Assembly: GCF_963921235.1 (NCBI RefSeq)
Contig: NC_086108.1
Coordinates: 70,620,001-70,684,000, forward strand
DNA length: 64,000 bases
Direction of reading: 5' to 3'
Origin: Mobula hypostoma
Taxonomy: Eukaryota
Below, piece after piece: positions 25,261 through 38,515 of the stretch. Position numbers and translations under genes: made by a program. Numbering within the stretch: position 1 is the stretch's first letter; each line of letters opens with the position of its first letter. The notes below the pieces were generated by a model that was given only the letters and a program-made list of their open reading frames with translations, searched no databases and had not been told where the DNA came from.

Positions 25261-26090
25261 AACATACATCAAAGTTGCTGGTGAACGCAGCAGGCCAAGC
25301 AGCATCTGTAGGAAGAGGTGCAGTCGACGTTTCAGGCCGAGACCCTTCGTCAGGACTAACTGAAGGAAGAGTGAGTAAGGGATTTGAAAGTTGGAGGGGG
25401 AGGGGGAGATGCAAAATGATAGGAGAAGACAGGAGGGGGAGGGATAGAGCCGAGAGCTGGACAGGTGATAGGCAAAAGGGGATACGAGAGGATCATGGGA
25501 CAGGAGGTCCGGGAAGTAAGACAGGGGGGGGGGGTGACCCAGAGGATGGGCAAGAGGTATATTCAGAGGGACAGAGGGAGAAAAAGGAGAGTGAGAGAAA
25601 GAATGTGTGCATATAAATGAGTAACAGATGGGGTACGAGGGGGAGGTGGGGCCTTAGCGGAAGTTAGAGAAGTCGATGTTCATGCCATCAGGTTGGAGGC
25701 TACCCAGACGGAATATAAGGTGTTGTTCCTCCAACCTGAGTGTGGCTTCATCTTTACAGTAGAGGAGGCCATGGATAGACATGTCAGAATGGGAATGGGA
25801 TGTGGAATTAAAATGTGTGGCCACTGGGAGATCCTGCTGTCTCTGGCGGACAGAGCGTAGATGTTCAGCAAAGCGGTCTCCCAGTCCGCGTCGGGTCTCG
25901 CCAATATATAAAAGGCCACATCGGGAGCACCGGACGCAGTATATCACCCCAGTCGACTCACAGGTGAAGTGATGCCTCACCTGGCAGGACTGTTTGGGGC
26001 CCTGAATGGTGGTAAGGGAGGAAGTGTAAGGGCATGTGTAGCACTTGTTCCGCTTACACGGATAAGTGCCAGGAGGGAGATCAGTGGGGA
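25261..26090 (-). mobile_element. Young 5'-truncated Penelope-like element with open GIY-YIG frame
   Basis: ORF 25654..26139 contains GVIYCVRCSRCGLLYIGET..DRFAEH..RLEEQHLIFRLGSLQPDGMN; flanking repeat GATCAATGAAC at 25253-25263 and 26089-26099. Confidence 0.93.
25321..25358 (-). ncRNA. Minimal type I hammerhead ribozyme motif (intact core)
   Basis: UAGUC-CUGACGA-A-GGGU CUCG GCCU-GAAAC-GUC-GACUG: stem I UAGUC/GACUG, core CUGAnGA + GAAA, cleavage triplet GUC. Confidence 0.75.
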
Positions 26091-26420
26091 TCAATGAACT
26101 CAGTTTCAGTCTAAGGTCATTATACATTGTTATTGTCAAAAGCAGTATTGCAAATGAGCAATGAGATTATTTGTTCGGTGAAATTGATACTTCCACCCAT
26201 CCGTTAATACCATAAAGTATTTTTTCCAGGTAGAAGTTGTCAAGAGTGAACTACTGTGATCTGCCTAAAATGATAGGAATATTTTCACATTTCACACCTA
26301 GGTTTCACATTAATCATTTTCATTACAACATTAATCAGCAAGATAATTGATGTCATTTAAATGTTTTTCAAGAGTGCATGAATAACAGTTCTTAAATGAA
26401 ATATAACTGTAAGACCTTAC

Positions 26421-27042
26421 CGACCACATCTGCTTTCTTTTCCGCTTCTTTTAGATCCCGCTTGGCTTTCCCAAGCAAAGCATAATTTTCACCATTTGAT
26501 TGTATAGATGGCTTGCTTGCCTGTGCCATACATTCCATTTTCATCTCTTCCTTTGGTTTCACAGGTAAGCATTCTTTTTCGTTAACAGTCTTTGCACCAC
26601 TGCTGCAGTGAGAGTTCATAAATTTCCCAGCAGACTGCTGCTGTGACTTGACGTGCTTCTGTTTCACCTTTTCAACAGATGCCATCCCACTAGATGTCCA
26701 GTTTCCTTGGTAGTGGTCATGTGTACTCCGTATTCCTGAATTTCTTGAGCTAGTCATACAGTTTGCTACGTCTTGTTTGCTGCCCTTGCTTGGTTTCACA
26801 TCTGAGCTTTTATCGATGTTCTTTCTGTCTATTTGTTCCCCATTCCATTTTGACTTTTTGTTATTCCAGTTTGAAACAGTTTTTCCACTATCCTGAGAAT
26901 TGCCCTCGGTTAGATTTCTGGAAGGTTTCTGTTCAATATCATTTTGAACAGTAACTTTCATGTCCTTACCTTCACCATGGACAACGCGAACTGATTTACC
27001 AGATTTGTGTACTTCACCTTTTCCATTTTTAGTTTCTTCCAT
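26421..27042 (-). CDS. TUT4: TUT4 first coding exon (622 coding nt; exon extends 5' to 27139 as UTR): MEETKNGKGEVHK...
   Basis: ORF 26392..27042; ACAACAATGG start context; donor G|GTAAGG at 26420; acceptor TTTTTGACAG at 27141-27140; phase 1 matches the next exon. Confidence 0.88.
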
Positions 27043-28254
27043 TGTTGTAATTCAAAGTCTTTTCTTTTTAAAAATTAAAATCTCTTAGTCATTTACAGAA
27101 TGATGCAAAACAACAAAGAACAAAGTTTTTCCTGAATTCCTGTCAAAAACAAATAATCATAATTATTAAGGATTATATTAGCAATGAATATTTGTATTCC
27201 TTTTCCAATGAATATGTTCAGAAATGTGTAAATTGCATTAATAATGAAGCTGGGCTGCTACTTCATAACATACAACAAGCTACTGGCAGTGGAATGGCTC
27301 TGTCCAGCCAAATCAAAAATCACAAAATGAGACCAATAAAAATAGTTTACACAAAGTATAACTCCTTTATCCAAACCACTCATTTAACAAGGGAATGACA
27401 GGTAATACTGTAATCTCAATAATGACTAAATGACAATTGAGTATCAATCCCATAATTTTTAAAAAATATTATTTTGAAAAATCTTTATCAAGCAGCCATA
27501 AATCCAATAAGCAATCTTTAAATAATATTCCAAAATAAGGCCTTATTGTCAAATTTTTATCTGAAGGCCAATCTTTATTGTATAAGGAGTACAAAAATTA
27601 CACCTCTGCTGAACTGGTTCTACACTGACATCAATTGAGACAGTAGGGTGCAAGGCACATTTATATGTAATAGCCTATTTTTCTTGTTAAAACCACTGCT
27701 GGTAAAAAAATACTATTGTTCAGCACTACTAACAAGTATTTAAGGAAATGAAAACACAAGTTTAAATAATGCAGAAATTAAAATGCTATATTCAGCTGGT
27801 TAGGTAGTATCCAAGTAGAAAGGCTATTGTCAAATCATATTAATGACTTTTCAAGAAAACATTTCTGACCTACTTCACGGCATTTCCTATTTTTATTGCA
27901 AGTTTTAAACATCTACAATATATTGCTTCTATAAACAATATTGCGATGATGAACATTTAGGGTTCAAGGAAAGAAGTACAGTATTTGTGTAGATAATTGC
28001 TGAACCATGACTTCTTAATCTGAGCCATATTATATACAGTTTCCTAACAGGACAGGAGGAAATAAAATCAGAGAAAGGATTGCTTCTGTTCTTAATTGCT
28101 GGCCAATAAATTAGCCGATATGGGAAAATGTTGGGAGTAGTCACTCGTGCCCACCTTGTAAAAATTGCTGATGTGTACTCCTGCAGAAAAATACTAGGGA
28201 AAGAACCCAAAGATAGTATGAATGAAAATATTATGAAACACTAACTAGATTTGT

Positions 28255-28545
28255 GAGGTGGCACTGTAGCTTAGTGGTTGTGGTTAGCACAATGCTTCAC
28301 AGTACCAGTGCCCAGGGCTCAATTCCCGCCGCTGCCTGTTAGGAGTTTGTATGTTCACCTCGTGACCATGTGGGCTTCCTTCAGGTGCTCCAGTTTCTTT
28401 CCATAGTCGAAAGACCAATCATTTGATAGGTTAATTGGTCATTATAAACTATCCTGTGATTAAGCTCAGATTAAATCAGGGAATTGCTGGGTGGCGCGGC
28501 TCAAGGGCCAGAAGGGCCTATTCTGTGTTGTATCTCAATAAAATT
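28255..28545 (+). mobile_element. tRNA-derived V-SINE (HE1-like)
   Basis: tRNA-like head plus V-domain-like GGAGTTTGTATGTTC..GTGGGCTTCC..GGTGCTCCAGTTTC; ends AATAAA. Confidence 0.8.
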
Positions 28546-29657
28546 ATTCAATTTGCAAGTGGAAGAGTTGTCAAAATATAGTTCTATCTCATCAATTCAA
28601 ATAAATTTACTTCAAATTGATAGATGTTAAACAGTAATATTACTGAATGATAAATGATCTAAAGGAGATTTTGTAAGTGATCTGGTTTGATATTTAAGTA
28701 GTAACAAAGAGGTACTTCTGGAAACTATTCTTTCAGTGTAATCGTGTCCTGAGCACAAGGAGATCAAAAGCTGGTATGTTTTGCATGGGATCAACTATCT
28801 TGATTTTACATATGCTAAAATATGTCACACAAACAGAGATTATAATAAAGCAGACAAAATTTAACAATAATAGAATAAAACCTACCAGTTTCCCTAAATC
28901 TGATTCCGATACATTTGATGCAGCCAACTTTTTATACTGCAGCTCCTCCCAGCAACTGTTCTGGGCTCAAGGACAGTAAAATAATTCATCGTGATTACAC
29001 AACCACTGGGCCACACAGACATGAACCTGCCACCACTAGAATAAAATGGAGAGAGATGTCTAATATAAATAACATAACCACTTTCTATTTTTAAAAGTAA
29101 ATAATTTTGTAATTCTGTAATTATTGTTGAGTTATGCTTCATTAAGACGCTGAATTCATGTCTGACACGGTTGCCAGTGCTTCCAGATGATAGTCCACTG
29201 TCAGGGTTTCCTCAACCACTGATATAGCAGGTACTATACTGAACTTTCAATCTCTGATACTGAAGCATTTTCACTTCTAAAATTTTCATCATTTATAAAA
29301 GTACATGAGTACACACCAACCCATTCTTGAAAAACCCAAGTGGCAGGTACTTACATCACATGACACTTAAAAATAAATGATAGATTCAGACAAAAACAAT
29401 TTCTTAGTATGCAGTTCACCCTTAATAAATGGAACACCACAGCTCAGATAGTCTTGACAGTGTGTGATTCTGAATTCACTTTCTAGCCATAAACCTGCAT
29501 CCATAAAGTGTTCGAACATGAGTGCAATACATCATTTAATTTACATTTCTAAAATTTATCTCTCAAATAATTTCACTCAAATCTTCAAATAATTGTTGCA
29601 TGTCTCACATATTGGCGAACTTCTCCAGAATTAAATGGTACTCAGATTGTGTGATTT

Positions 29658-29682
29658 TGTGTGTGTGTGTGTGTGTGTGTGT
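29658..29682. repeat. (GT)n microsatellite
   Basis: About 12 TG units. Confidence 0.9.
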
Positions 29683-30085
29683 ATAAAAGCACACCAAATC
29701 TAAAATTCTGTATTGATGAGCATCTTGTCAGAAAGAAACAATATAAAATAAGCAATGTAATAACAAATGCTTCTGATTATTCAGTAGACCATTAGAGAAT
29801 AAATAGGTGCTTGTAGAGGACAAAGCTGAGGGTGATAGAAAGATGGTAAATATACTACTTCCTCATGGTAATCACAAGCACTCATTCAAAATTCGAAACC
29901 ACTAAAAACGAAGTTGAATTCTGAGACAAGATAAAGTAACCCATGCTGTTCCTTTGTTTAAGAACGGCAATAGGGGTAATCCACAGAATTATAGTTTTAT
30001 CATCCTCACCATCAGTAGTAGGGATGTTTTTGGAGAGATCTCTTAAATTTACTCATATTTGGAAAAGTAGTCAACATGGTTTTGT

Positions 30086-30295
30086 TTAAAAACGCAAACA
30101 ACAGGAACTCTGCAGATGCTGGAAATTCAAGCAACACACATCAAAGTTGCTGGTGAACGCAGCAGGCCAGGCAGCATCTCTAGGAAGAGGTACAGTCGAC
30201 GTCAGGACGAAGGGTCTCGGCCTGAAACGTCGACTGTACCTCTTCCTAGAGATGCTGCCTGGCCTGCTGCGTTCACCAGCAACTTTGATGTGTGT
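30086..30295. mobile_element. Very young fold-back Penelope-tail element
   Basis: Perfect 69-bp inverted arms 30134-30202 / 30227-30295; exact 13-bp TSD AACATGGTTTTGT at 30073-30085 and 30296-30308. Confidence 0.92.
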
Positions 30296-30364
30296 AACAT
30301 GGTTTTGTGTAGGTAGGACAGGACATAAATTACAAACATGATGAGTTTTTTTTAAAAAAGGTGA

Positions 30365-30650
30365 CCAAGATTTTATTGTATTTAGTGACAGAGCATGAAA
30401 TACACCCTACTTGCTCCTTTGAGCAGTGCCGCCCAGCAACCCACCTAGTCGAATCACAGGACAATTTAAAATGCCAGAATGAACTACTAAACATTGTGTC
30501 TTTGGGCTGTAGGAGAAAAATGGAGTACCTGGAGGAAACACATGCACACACAGGAAGGAACATACAAACTTGCTTACAAAGGACGCTGGAATGGAACTCC
30601 GAACTCCAATACCTCAAGCTGCAATAGTGTCGTGCGAACCACTGTGCTGT
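30365..30650 (-). mobile_element. V-SINE-like element
   Basis: Reverse complement of the V-domain (GGAGTACCTGGAGGAAACACATGCACACACAGGAAGGAACATACAAACT). Confidence 0.7.
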
Positions 30651-32469
30651 CATGGCAAGTAATAAGGATAGGGGAGTGGATGCTGTTAAGGTTGGCAAAG
30701 GATACAGCAGGATACAGGCACTCACTATGTACTATTGGTTTGTCAAATACATGATGAGCCCTCTATTATCAGAAAAATTGTACAAGTAATATATGTTGTA
30801 ACCAAAACAATCTTCTACCAGGAATTTCAGAAAGAGAAACTGGCTGAAGGGTAGAATTTAACTGAAAAGTTATTCTGGATAAAAGTAGTATGTCTGACTA
30901 AAGCTCAGAACTTGATTTTTTAAAAAATATATCTACTTCCTGGATCAATATGTCTTTTCAGCCCAACAAGAAAAGCAGCCTCATTCAAATTAGTCTTGGG
31001 AAACAAAATGATCCAACTAACACTTCCAAAAGAATAGCTGAAAAGTTCAAAGTACGAACAGAAAAGATTAATGATAAGTGAAAGAGGGCGGTGAACTTGA
31101 AAGAAATAAACAAATGAAGCAAAATGACAAAAGTAACTGGATAAAAAGCTTGGCAAACAGACCTGTGGATGAGGGATACCCAAAGCATGAGACGTTTGAC
31201 TAGAAAATATACACTGCTCCAACATGAAATTTTTCATGCAAAGAACAGAGTTCAATTAATTAGCAAAAAAAAAGATTAAATGAAATCTCAAGGGAGTTTA
31301 TGAAAAATAAGATTAATAAATAGGAAAGGAATGTATGAAAATGAGGTACATCAGGACAGCTCCCATACTTTCTTGAAGTATGGCTAAAGGACTTCTTACA
31401 TTCATACAAAAGAGTGGATTTAATATACCATCTGAGAAACACACTTCAAAATTGCAACATCTCCTCAGCAATGCATTGGAAAATTAGCTTACATTTTAGT
31501 ACTCAGGGTTCTAGAGCGGGACTTAAACAAGTCAGAACCTAGAGGCAAGAATGCTACTAATTAAACCAAAACTAATACTTACAAATGAATACAGTAGTGA
31601 AGTGAGAATGAAATATACTATAAAAGGTTTATGAAATCTTGAAAAAAATAACAAAACACAAAATGGATATGTCATTGTCTATTATAACATAGATATTCAG
31701 CTGCAAAGGAAGTTAAGATGATGTTATATAGTCCCTAGCCATAACTTCTCAATTTATGAATATGCTGAATTATTCTGCTCGACTGGACAGCAAAAAATCC
31801 CTCTTTTTCAAGAAGGATGAAACAGGTTTTTCTCATTGTAAACAAACACTTAGAATCGATAATGAGAGATAAAATTTATAAATACATTAATCAATCAAGA
31901 ATTGGCAATGTGACTTTGTTGAAAGTGACTGACTGCAGAAAAAGGCATTGCATTTGTTTTCTTTTGTCTTCTACTTTACAGTGTGAAGGGAAGATACAAT
32001 TCACTGTGCACTTCAATCGTTCCATCCATCCTGGTTTTTGGGTTGGTTGCTGCACAGTAAGTTTATTATCCTAACACTGGGAAGCTTCAATATTCTGACT
32101 CTTCAGGAACCCCAAAAGTTCAGCATCGAGCACACTGGGTGCTGACTCCTGTACTGTCTCTGATACACTGTGGTGCTGGTTCCAATGAACCTTCTGACAT
32201 CCCAAAGCTCCCTTTAAAATTACTGGAACTCCAGATCCCAAGACCCACCTGGCTCTGTTACGCAGTACTCTCCTGAAACTCAGCTGGTTCTATTTCTCAT
32301 GGTCCATAACATTTCCCAGTATTTTTTCCCAGATTCACTGGAAAATTCATTGTTCTATTGCATAAACATTGAAGGAAAATGTGTTTTAATTAAACTTTTT
32401 GTGAGCATTAATAGGAACAACACAAATACTCCAGAATCTCTGCTGATCTGCACTACTGGAGCACTGAAA

Positions 32470-33602
32470 ATCTGCACCACTGTTGTAGGCCAAGTCAAGG
32501 GTGGTGTCAAGTCAACATACAAGATGGAGACTGAAAATCTGGCTGAGTGGTGCCACAACAACAACAACTTCTCAGTCAATATCAGCAAGACCAAGAAGCT
32601 GACTGTTGATATCAGGAGGAAACTAGAGGACAATGAGCCAGTCCTGATCAGAGGTGGAAAGGGTCAGCAACTTTAAATTCTTCGGTGTTTTACTTTCAGA
32701 GGATATGTCCTAGGCCCAGCACGCAAATGCTATTATGAAGAAAGCAGGACAATACCTCTACTTCCTTAGGAGTTGGCAAAAATTCGGCAGGATATCTAAA
32801 ACTCTGACAAACTTCTATGGATGTATTTTAAAGTCTGTCATGAGCCTTGTGGCCGGTGCTTATGCTGGTTTCTGTGGCGTGAAGTGACTGAGAGTACGAG
32901 ACTTCCCCCCCCCCCGCCCCTCCCATGGATAGGACGCCAGTCTATCACGAGGTTAACCCCCGCACTTGGCCATGCGCCACACTCTATGGGTGTGTGGTTG
33001 AGAGTATATTGACTAACTGCATCACAGCCTGGTATGAAAACACCAATGCCCTTGAATAGAAAATCCTACAAAAAGTAGTGGATACGGCCCAGTCCATTGG
33101 GGGTAAAGCCCTCCCCACCATCTATCCAGAGCGTTTTTGCAGGAAAGCAGCATCCATCATAAAGCATCCCTACCACCCAGGACATACTCTCTTTTAGCTG
33201 CTGCTTTCAGGAAAGTGGTATAGGAGCCTCAGGACTGACACCACCAGGTTCAGAAACAGTTAATACCCCTCAACCATCAGGCTCTTGAAGCAATGGGGAT
33301 AATTTCACTTGCCCCATTACTGAAATGTTCCCACAACCTATAGACTCACTTTCAAGGACTCTTCATCTCATGTTTTCAATATTTCTTGCTTATTAATTTA
33401 TTGCTGGTGTTGTTATTACTATTTATTATTATTTCTTTCTTTTTTGTATTTGCACAGTTTGTCATTTGCACATTGGTTGTGTGCCCTGTTGGTGCAGATT
33501 TTCATTGATTCTATTATAGTTATTGGATTTCAAGAAGATGAATCTCAGGGTTGTATATAGTAACATATATTTACTTTGATAATAAATTTACTTTGAACTT
33601 TG
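32470..33602 (+). mobile_element. Rex1/Babar-like LINE 3' fragment (short insertion at about 32830-32975)
   Basis: WCHNNN..NISKTKKLTVDIRR motif; tail AATAAATTTACTTTGAACTTT. Confidence 0.8.
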
Positions 33603-33827
33603 GCCTGGCACCGAAGTCCTGAGCAGGCCGGACTGAAGTTTTACTGCACTGTTGTCTCACCACCTTCTGCATGGATCACCCTGAGTACACACACTCCATC
33701 TTCAACAACTCGTCAATGTAGTTAATGCAGTAAAGGTAGTTTATATATATTTTCTAAAGATGTCACAGAGAGGCTGTAGAAGATTGAGATATGTTGCAGA
33801 AGAGGAAATAACATTACTTATTGGTGA

Positions 33828-34090
33828 CATACAAGAATGCAGATGCTGGAATCTGAACACACAAAATGCTGGAGGAACTCAGTAAGTTGGGCAGTATCTG
33901 TAGAGTTTCAGTCAAGACCATTCGTCTGGACTGAAAGAGGGGAGAAACAGTATAATAAAGTGAAAGGAAGGGGTGGAGTAAAAGCTAGCAGGTGACACGT
34001 GGATGTAGGTGAGGAGACTGATCAGATTAGGGTGGGAGAGAGTGGGAATGATGTCAGAAGCTGTGAGGTGATAGGTGGAAATGACAATGA
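33828..34090 (-). mobile_element. Old Penelope-tail fragment
   Basis: TGCAGATGCTGGAATC..ACACACAAAATGCTGGAGGAACTCAG followed by a purine-rich tract like those at 25360-25650 and 59690-59970. Confidence 0.7.
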
Positions 34091-34184
34091 CTGAGACTCA
34101 AACATGTTAACTGCAAATTATATAAATAATTACTGTAAATATGGTTCTAACTGAAGAATTGGAAGTATGGTATCTCATGGGTTG

Positions 34185-34515
34185 AGGAGCATGGTAGCAT
34201 AGTGGCTAGCATTAACACTTCACAGTGCCAGCAATCAGGGCTCAATACCTGCCACTGCCTTTAAAGTGTACATACGTTCTCCCTGTGAGTGTGTGGGTTT
34301 CTTCTGGGTACTTTAGTGTCCTCCCACATTCCAATGACGCAAGGGTTAGTAAAAGTTATTAAGTTGTAGGCATGCAATGTTGGCACCAGAACCATGGTGA
34401 CACTTGCAGGCTGCCCCAGCACAACCTCGGACATCGCTGGTCATTGACGCAAACATCTAATTTCACTGTATGCTTTGATGTACAGTACATGTGACAAATA
34501 AAGCTAATCTAATCT
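34185..34515 (+). mobile_element. V-SINE-like element
   Basis: tRNA-like head, CGTTCTCCCTGTGAGTGTGTGGGTTTC core, AATAAAGCTAATCTAATCT tail. Confidence 0.75.
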
Positions 34516-35969
34516 CTATAATATGCAAAAAAGGCACATGTTCAATCATGTTAACAGAATGTCATTACCAGAATGCACCTCACTTGATTGCTTCTGAGAA
34601 TGTTCATTCTGAAACGTGTTTGGTACTTGAGCTACCTTGCCTTGGTTTGGTTTGAAAGTAGTTCAAGGGAACCAAAAAAGAAAGAATCTTAATTATCAGT
34701 CCAAATGGACAGGAATGATTTGATTATCATCGTCTTCTGGGCCTCCTTTATTCTAATGAGTTAGTAAATGAAAAGTCAAAAGAATCAGTTAAGGCCGTCT
34801 TTTCTTGAGTATCTCTAAAGAATCTGGCTATTATTGGACAAATGATTGCAGGACAACAGTTTCATGAAATCTAATCAGCAATTTTACTACTATTTGTTGA
34901 GGAAGAGGAGATGAATGATAACAATGGGAAAAGAATGCTGTACATCTTAGCTAACACCAAATGTATTGTTCCATATAATTTTAAAAATAGCAGGTTTCTG
35001 TGCAATTAGTGAGACTAAACAGAGCACAAAATTTCACAAGTTTAGCAACAGATTCCAAGAACATAATATGGGTGCATGTATTTGATTTACAGGCAGTACA
35101 ACAAATATATTTCTCAGGAAGAAAAGGGCTGTCCTAAGTGAAGACTGAATATTTCTTAGTTTCAAAGAATATTGACCTTACTGAAAATTCTTAGATATTG
35201 TAATAGGTGCTGAGTGGCTCTTTTCTCTAGTTGGAGAACTTTCTGCTTTGGGTTATGATCTCAGGGCAAACGTTAGCCTTTTAAGATTAAGTTTAGCTCC
35301 TTCACTCAAAAGTTTTTGAATCTTTGGAAGTCTCTGCCACAGACAGAGATGGATCATCAGTGAATGAATTTATTTCAAACTGTGATCAATAGACATTGAT
35401 ATTAAGAGAATCAAAAGATATCGGGGTGGGTCAGGAAATTGGAGTTGATGTGGAAGTTCAGCTATGATCTGAATGAATGCAGGGCATGGCTGACAGACCA
35501 TATGGATTACTCCAGTTACTTCTTCTTAGTATTTGGTTTCCCCAAACCGAGTCAGAACATGTTATTTTGAGTTTTGACTTTCTCAGCAGTTTGAATAATT
35601 GCATAAATTTCCGATTGCAAGTTGATAAAGTTCAAGCAAACAGGTGACCATATCAACAAAGTAATAATTTATGATAATGGATCATAAATTGCACCAAGGT
35701 TTTGTATTTATATGAAATAAAACATTCTTTAAATACTTGGCCATTGTAATATTTAAATATCAGAAGTTAATGCAGAACGTACTTTGGTCTTAAATAGTAA
35801 AATGGACTTGGGAATGTTAAACACTCCCTTTCTTCATATCAGCAGCACTGGTTTTATTGCTACATTAACAGTGATGACCAAAGCACTGGCTTTAAATATT
35901 GGATGCCTCCACTGGAGGCTTGTGCAAACATGTCCTGTTTTATCTATCAGACATGAGTTAGGATCTTAG

Positions 35970-36300
35970 ACTGTAAGACATTGGAGCAGAATTAGGCTAT
36001 TCACCCATTGCGTCTGCTCCGTCATTCCATCATGGCTTACTTATTATCCTTTTTAACCCACTTCTCCTGCCTTCTTCCTGTAACCTGGCTAAACCAGAAC
36101 CTATCAACCTCTGTTTTAAATATACCCAATGACTTGGGTTTCAAAGATACTAGTGGCAATGAATTCCATAGATTCACCACCCTGTGGCAAAAGAAATTCC
36201 TCCTTATCTCTGTTCTAAATGGACATCCCTTTATTCTGAGGCTGTGCCTGCTGGTCCTAGACTCCCCCACTATAGGAAACATCCTCTCCACATTAACCAT
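35970..36300 (-). mobile_element. CR1 LINE 3' fragment
   Basis: ORF relic ESRTSRHSLRIKG..RRNFFCHRVVNLWNSLP. Confidence 0.85.
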
Positions 36301-37004
36301 CTTGGATAGAAGTTCAGAACATAAGTCTTAGACAGCTGAAGGCAGAGTCTTCACCAATGGTGTCATTAAATAAGGAGATATACAGAAGACCAGAACTGAA
36401 AGGCCTAGATATTGCAGCATCTAATTAAGAATGCATGAGTTCAAGGAAAGATCAGAAAACTCTATTTTAAAACTCTTGGCTTGAACTGTTAAAACCATAT
36501 TTAGGAAGGAGTGACATATAAACAGGATTCAATGGAAGTTGGGCCCTAAACAATGTTTTGGATGACTTTAAATTTATAGAAGGTAGAACAAGTGAGGCCA
36601 GACAGAGGTAATTAAATTTGGTGGTGACAAAGGAAACAAAAGCAAGGCTGGGGACAGGCAACGTTACAAAGGTAGACTATGTAATCTTACATATGACAGT
36701 CATAAAGCACAAATCTCAATTCAGTTTTAAATAGGACAGCAGTGTTGCCAACAGTTTGGTTCACTTTCCAAAGAGAGGGATGGAAATCAGCAGCTATAGA
36801 ACATGGCATATGCCAGGGATTCAAGGTGATATATTTAATTTTCCCAATACTTAATTGAAAGGAATTATGCTCATCAATAATGGATTTTTAAACAATCTTA
36901 AAACTTGCACTAGACTGTTCAGACATATATTTTGAAAATGGCATTTCTTAAGACAAGTTTTTAAAAGTTATGGAAATGAATATGGAAACACTATAATGGA
37001 AATA

Positions 37005-38515
37005 CAGCTGCAGGAAAAAGTTTGTGAACCCTCTGCAATTACCTGGTTTCCTGCATTAATTACTCATAAAATGTGGTCTGATCTTCATTTAAGTCACAAT
37101 AATAGACAAACACAATCTTTAGTCATTCACAGTCCAGCCTAGAAAAAGTATGTGAACCAATGTATTTAATAACTGGTAGAACCTCCTGCAGCTGCTGATC
37201 GGACTTGCATGATGGCGAGAAGCAATTTTAGACCATTCCTCCATATAAAACTGTTTCAGTTCATCAACATTTCTGGGATACCTTGCACAAACAACCCTCC
37301 TCAGGTCATGCCACAGCATCTGAATTCAGTTAAGGTCTGGACTCTGACCTGGCCAATCCAAAACACAAATTTTCTTCTTTTTTAAACGAATCTGTTGTGA
37401 TTTACTCTTGTGTTTTGTATAATTGTCTTGTAGCAGCATCCAAATGCTATCAAGTTTCAGGTGACAAACCGCTACCCCGACATTCTCCTGTAAAAAGTCT
37501 TGATACAATTTTGAACTCATTGTTCCCTCAACGATTGCAGCAGTCCAGGCCCTGAGACAGCAAAGCATTCCCAAACCATGATGCTCTTTCCACCATGCTT
37601 CACATTTGGGGTGAGGTTTTAGTGTTGGTGTGCAGTGCCCTTTTTCTTACAAACATAGTGGTGTGCATTTCTGCCATAAAGTTCAATTTTTGTCTCATTT
37701 GTCCACAGAACATTGTCCCAAAAGTATTGTGGAACATTCAGGTGGTCTTTTGCAAACTTGAATGTGCACAATTTTTTTAAAGAGAGCAGTGTTTTTTTTC
37801 CCATGGTGTCCTTCCATGAATATCATTCTTGTTCAGAGTTTTTCTTATAGTGGACACACAAACAGGGACTTTAGCAAGTTCCAGCAAAAGACCTGTTACC
37901 CCTGGGTTCTTTTTCACTTCCTTCAGCATTGTACATTGTGCTCTTGGTGTGATCTTTCCAGGATGCCCACTCCTAGGAAGATGAGCAACAGTACTGAATT
38001 TCCTCCATTTGTAGACAATTTCTCTTAAAGTGAACTGATGAACACTCCGGTCTTTAAGAAATGCTTTTGTAGCCTTTTCCAGCTTCATGCACCTCTGCAA
38101 TTCCTCTTCTATGGTCCTCAGAAAGTTGTTTTGATCGAGGCATGGTTCACATAAGCAGATCTTTCTTGAGAAGAGCAGGCTCTGTCAGTAACCTGACTTT
38201 GTGTGTCTTTTTATAAGGCAGGGCACCTCCACAACCCACACCTCCAATTTCATCTCATTGACTGGAACACCTGACTCCAAATAGCTTTTGTAGATGGCAT
38301 TACCTCAGAAATTCAATACTTTTTTTGAACCTAGACTGTGATTGTTTAAATAGTGTACTCAGTATTGATGAGAAGTGCAATTGTTTGTGTGTTATTAGTT
38401 TAGGCAAATTGTGTTTGTCCATTATAGTGACATAGGTGAACATCAGACCACATTTTATGAGTAATGTTGAAAACCAGGCGATTGCAAAGGGTTCGCAAAC
38501 TTTTTCTTGCAACTC
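37005..38515 (-). mobile_element. Near full-length degenerate Tc1-like DNA transposon
   Basis: TA-flanked long TIRs (CAGCTGCAGGAAAAAGTTTGTGAACCC / GGGTTCGCAAACTTTTTCTTGCAACTC); frameshifted transposase relics LPRSGHPGKITPR, VLWTNETKIELYG, LQDNYTKH, WPGQSPDLN. Confidence 0.93.

Noticed and set aside
37005..38515. Active or domesticated Tc1 transposase
   Set aside because: Multiple frameshifts, and the first catalytic Asp is replaced (WTNETK).
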